Origin: the human T2T-CHM13v2.0 reference genome, Homo sapiens
Strand: one strand, 5' to 3'
Assembly (NCBI RefSeq): GCF_009914755.1
Contig: NC_060925.1
DNA length: 64,000 nucleotides
Shown here: in pieces, positions 59,808 to 64,000 of the stretch
Layout: each line of letters opens with the position of its first letter
Numbering within the stretch: the first letter of the stretch is position 1
Notes under the pieces: model-generated
What the model was told of the DNA's origin: nothing
Database searches by the model: none
The model's input: only the letters and a program-made list of their open reading frames with translations
Made by a program: the position numbers and the translations under genes

Positions 59808-61603
59808 CACAATAACAGCAAGCTCTGTGTTAAAAGGAATCACATCTTAGAATGATGTAATGTTTCCGGGCGTGCGATGGTTGGGTCACATGAGGTCTGA
59901 CATCATCTGGAGCAAGGAGCTTCCAGGAATGCTGCCACTAGCAACTTTACCGGGCAGACACTGGAGCACAGCTCTTTCAGGAGACAGAAAAGAAAACAAA
60001 GCAGAGGAAAACCAAAGCTACGTGCCAGCTTCAAAAATCTGAGCAGTCAAATCACAAGGGGAGAGAAAGAGAACTGTAATACTTACTCCAGAGACTCTAA
60101 ACCTTCACTTTTCAGCACTCAGACAAATTTGTAATTGAAAGGAACTTGGGAGGCTTTATCTGGTTCAAACTTCTGCCTCTAAGGAAGAGTCTATCTAAAA
60201 CTTCAAAGCATATAAAAACCTCTAGGAGAATGATGATGCATAACCTCCTTTGGTAAGTGGCTTCAATGTCACTATCTTTAGGGCAGTGGACTGGCTCTAA
60301 AGACTCAGCCGGCCTAGCCCCATGTCTGGAAGGGGTGGCCACAGGGGAGGGTTTGGCCTCCAGCAGAAATTCAAATGCATTCTTGTGAGACGAGAGATGG
60401 AATCTTGGGGAGAAAAATGTAAAGGTCAGTAAATAAAGCTTCTATAGCCTCTTGGATGGACTAAATATGTTTTTTAAATTCAAAGATTTTCCTTTATTAA
60501 TTATGATGATATTTTTAATTGTAAAATTTCAAATTTGTCAAAAAACTGCAAGAAAATGAAAGGAAATACCAATATATATCCTTCACCTAGACTCACCAAT
60601 TAACATTTTTCCATATTTGCTTTATTTTTCTCTCGTTAGTGTGCATGCATGCATGCATACACACACATACACATACATACATAAATGTCTTTAGGTAATA
60701 TTGCCTAAACAGACACACACACACACCTTTAGGTAATATTACATATACATTACATAAAAGGAAAAATAAAGCAACCTGCCTATCAATCAATTTTCTGAAA
60801 CATTGTGATAAAATGTACACATTTTTTACAATCAAGGTCACTTCCTCCTCTCCTTTTCAATCCTCTCACCCGTGTTGAGAATCTCTTCTTTAGAATCAAG
60901 AAGTTTGTTCTTGTATTTGGCTTTCTCACACTTAAAGATAAGCTATATAATTTTACCCTCTCAGTATAAAAAAGAAGACAGCTGTCACTACCATAAACAT
61001 ACTGTCTGCCTCTTGATTTTCACCAAAGAAGAAAGGCAGGTGCTGAGCATGTAAAATGGCTTCTCTGGAGTCCTGGCCAAACAGGACAATGGCCAGGATT
61101 CAAATACTTTCAGTTTCCATCCATTTTTACCAACCACAGATGAGTAGAGGTTGTTCTGTGACACTGAGTGTTTTTGTTCTGTCTCATATTCAGCAAAGGT
61201 TCCTTAAGGAACTTCATGGGCAGAGTACTCAGCTGTTCAACTCTGAATCCTTCAGTCACTACTCTGCCATCTGACTCCTTCGATGTGTGAAGCTTTTCAT
61301 ATAAAAAGATAAGCTGTAAAAAGACCTTTCTGCTGAACCCTTTCTTAAACCCTCACCTTGCCTTCCCATTTCTGCATACTGTGTCTTCAAACACTCAACA
61401 TACTCCAAATATATATGCATGTGTGCATCACCACTAAAGTTAACAACTCAAACCAACAGTGGCCTATTGAGCATCTACTATGTTTCAGGGTTAGGTCCTG
61501 GAGATCTCTGGCATGACTCCTGCTCCCCTGGAGTTTAAAATCTAGCAGAGAAAACAGATATTAAATATTTGCACTTGCGATGCCTGCTATATTGAGAGAA
61601 GCA

Positions 61604-61845
61604 GGCCAGGCATGGTGGCTCTCACCTGTAATTCTAGCACTTTGGGAGGCTGAAGTGGGCAGATCACTTGAGCCCAGGAGTTTGATACCAGCCTGGGCAA
61701 CACAGCGAGAGCCCATCTCTACACAAAATTTAAAAATTAGCTGGGCATGGTGGTGAGTGCCTGTAGTCCCAGCTATTCAGGAGGCTGAGGTGGGAGGATC
61801 ACTTGAGCCCGGGGGGTTGAGGCTGCAGTGATTTGCGATTGACCA
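61604..61845 (+). mobile_element. Alu (AluJ-like) lacking its 3' end and tail
   Basis: Alu sequence stops shortly after GGCTGCAGTGA. It sits in L2-like sequence. Confidence 0.82.
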
Positions 61846-63119
61846 ACTACAGCACAGGTTCTTACGGGACTCAACTGCTGAGAGACTTAAACCTAGTCTA
61901 TCTAGATCAAAGAAGGTTTCCCTGGAAAAGAGATGTTTGGGTTGAGATCTGAAGACAGAATGGGAGTAAACCAAGAAGGATGAGTTGGGGATGGGAGTTG
62001 GAGTGAGGATTTGAGAGGGAAGAATATTTCTGTCAGAGGAAACAGCTTCTATATAACCCTGGGGGCAAGAGAGAGCAAGGCACTGCCAGGACAAGAGCAA
62101 TCTGGTAGGTGAAGTTGTCTATGGTCAATTGCCTACGTGGAACATAGTGGTTTACTACTCAGTTCAGGCATGAGGCAGGTGCATGTGCAGGAGATCAGTG
62201 CCTAGCTCCCTCTTCTAAGAGAAGGAGGTTTTTAGCAGACCCCTGTCACTGGTGCAAGCACTGCCTCTAGATAGTGATGGATCTTTAGTGCCAACAGCTT
62301 GGCAGGGCAGAAGCAAATATCTGAAAGAGTGGTGCTTTCTACCATGTGACTGGTGAGGAACCAACGCTTAGACAGGGTAACTTGCTAATGGACACACCAC
62401 TTATAGGAAGCACCTGGGACCTGAATACTAGTTAGTTTAGGCCCAGCATTCCCGTGCTGAGAGACTATCAAGTGCTAGATTCTCAACACCTGAGAAAGGC
62501 AAGACTTGAATCCGTAAGAGTGTGAGGAGTATACTAACAACCTTCAGAACCACAGAAGTGCAGACTCAGGCTCTGCAGCTATTAGAAAAGAAGCCCAGCT
62601 GCTGTTTCTGTCCACAGCATGTATTAGAGTATAAATAAATAAACTTTTCTTTGGAACATTGGTTTTCATTGTCTGTTGGTGCTTTCTGGGTCCAGCAAAT
62701 TGTTTCACTAAGCTAAGTGTCAGAATTACAATAGAAAATACCACTATGTATATATTCTGGCACAATCTTCTCTCCGTTCCTAAGTTGGGAACCACTTTAT
62801 TTGAAGCTAATGTTAAAAGCCTCTGGGTAGCCAGTGAAGGAAGGAATTTAAGCCTGCCTTGGATTATTCCAATGACAAGTATACTTTTTGACCCATGCCT
62901 CACTTTATAGTGAGAACTCAATATGCTGTAAGTGTTTATATCACCTACCCTCAGTTAAAACCTCTCACTTTTTCCTATCCTGATCACTAAATACTGGGGG
63001 TGAGGAGTTTTAGAATTGATAACACTACAAAAATTGTCCCTTTAAAAGTGTTGAATTAAATTTTATTATATATGCATTGAAAATATAAAGTCAAAAGTGA
63101 AAAATTCAGTTAATCAGAC

Positions 63120-64000
63120 TTTTAGTTCCAATTATAATGAAGTAACTGGTATGGATTTACTTTCCTACAGCTAGTGACTATAAAACTGCACAAAATATAT
63201 GAAGCGATTTTTCTGTTACTAAACATCAAACACTGCGACATTAAGCTTCTTGAGAAAAGGGGAAAATGCACAGTAACCTCCACATTCACCCTGGATGTCT
63301 GCTTGGGAATCATTTCCAAAATAAGCCATAAGGAAAGGGAGCCAGAGAGTGATGAAAACAGAAATTGGAATTCAGGGATGAAATAGCTGAAATATGTATG
63401 ACAAGGTACTGGGAGGGAGAAAGCTGCACGGAGAGGGAGACCTAGAATTCTGCAAGGGAGTCCTCTTCAATCTTTGGTCAAATACTAAGCTGCACATGTA
63501 GATAGGAAGACTCCATGAAATCGACTGGAGATCCTGGAGGATACACAGTGCTGGGGAAGCATTTAAATTCTAACCAATCAGAGTGAAGAGACCATTCTAT
63601 ATACTCTGAATATTTAGATGAGATCACAGAAAGGTTACACTTTAAGGGAAGGGCTAAATTAGTCCTCGAGTAAAGGTAACTCTTCACCTGGCCTAATACA
63701 TAGTGAAACTAAGCTTCAGCAGGATTAAACTAAATCACCAGTTAACTATCTGCAAGAGCAATACTTAACAGTCTTAAAAGAAGACAGTAAAATCCGTTGT
63801 GTTATCTATAATGTCCAACTTGCAATAAAAGAAATTATTAATATGTAAAGAGATTAGAAAACAGGAACCATAATAGGGAGAAATGACATTCAGTAGAAGC
63901 AAACCCAGATATGGCACAGGTGTTGGAGTTAGCAAAGACTGTAAAATAACTTACAAATATGTTCAAGGGTATAACAGAAAATATATAAAAAATGAATGAT
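63120..64000 (+). mobile_element. Old L1M 5'/ORF1 region fragment
   Basis: ACCCAGATATGGCACAGGTGTTGGAGTTAGCA...AAATATGTTCAAG resembles the start of L1MC/MD ORF1. Confidence 0.55.

Noticed and set aside
59775-59822. CAG/CAA run as a polyglutamine or signal-peptide exon
   Set aside because: In-frame TAG immediately precedes the Gln run, and the reverse Leu run ends in TGA. No supporting ORF.

Overview
Primate, almost certainly human, genomic DNA. I recognise it as the 5' end of RAB3GAP2 (1q41) on the minus strand. Coding exon 1 (31617-31503) lies in a CpG-island promoter with ETS, NRF1 and GTCACGTGAC (CLEAR/E-box) motifs. Positions 1-31502 are intron 1, and exon 2 was not found in the window. 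The intron holds two processed pseudogenes with poly-A remnants and target-site duplications (TSDs): MORF4L1P1 (+, one nonsense codon, nested in the 5'UTR of an older full-length L1) and AURKAP1 (-, same sense as the host gene). It also holds a full-length THE1 MaLR, an L1PB, and a young L1PA2/3-type element that has lost ORF1 and most of ORF2 but kept its 5'UTR and an intact antisense ORF0. The right half (~32-64 kb) is repeat-rich upstream DNA (LTR8, MST/MLT, L1M, Alu, MER) with no recognisable gene. I found no wholly new gene system. The best lead is the deleted L1: its ORF0 points in the RAB3GAP2 direction and has a splice donor in the same phase as RAB3GAP2 intron 1, predicting an in-frame ORF0-RAB3GAP2 alternative first exon. 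Repeat subfamily names and parent-gene comparisons are from memory, not from a search.
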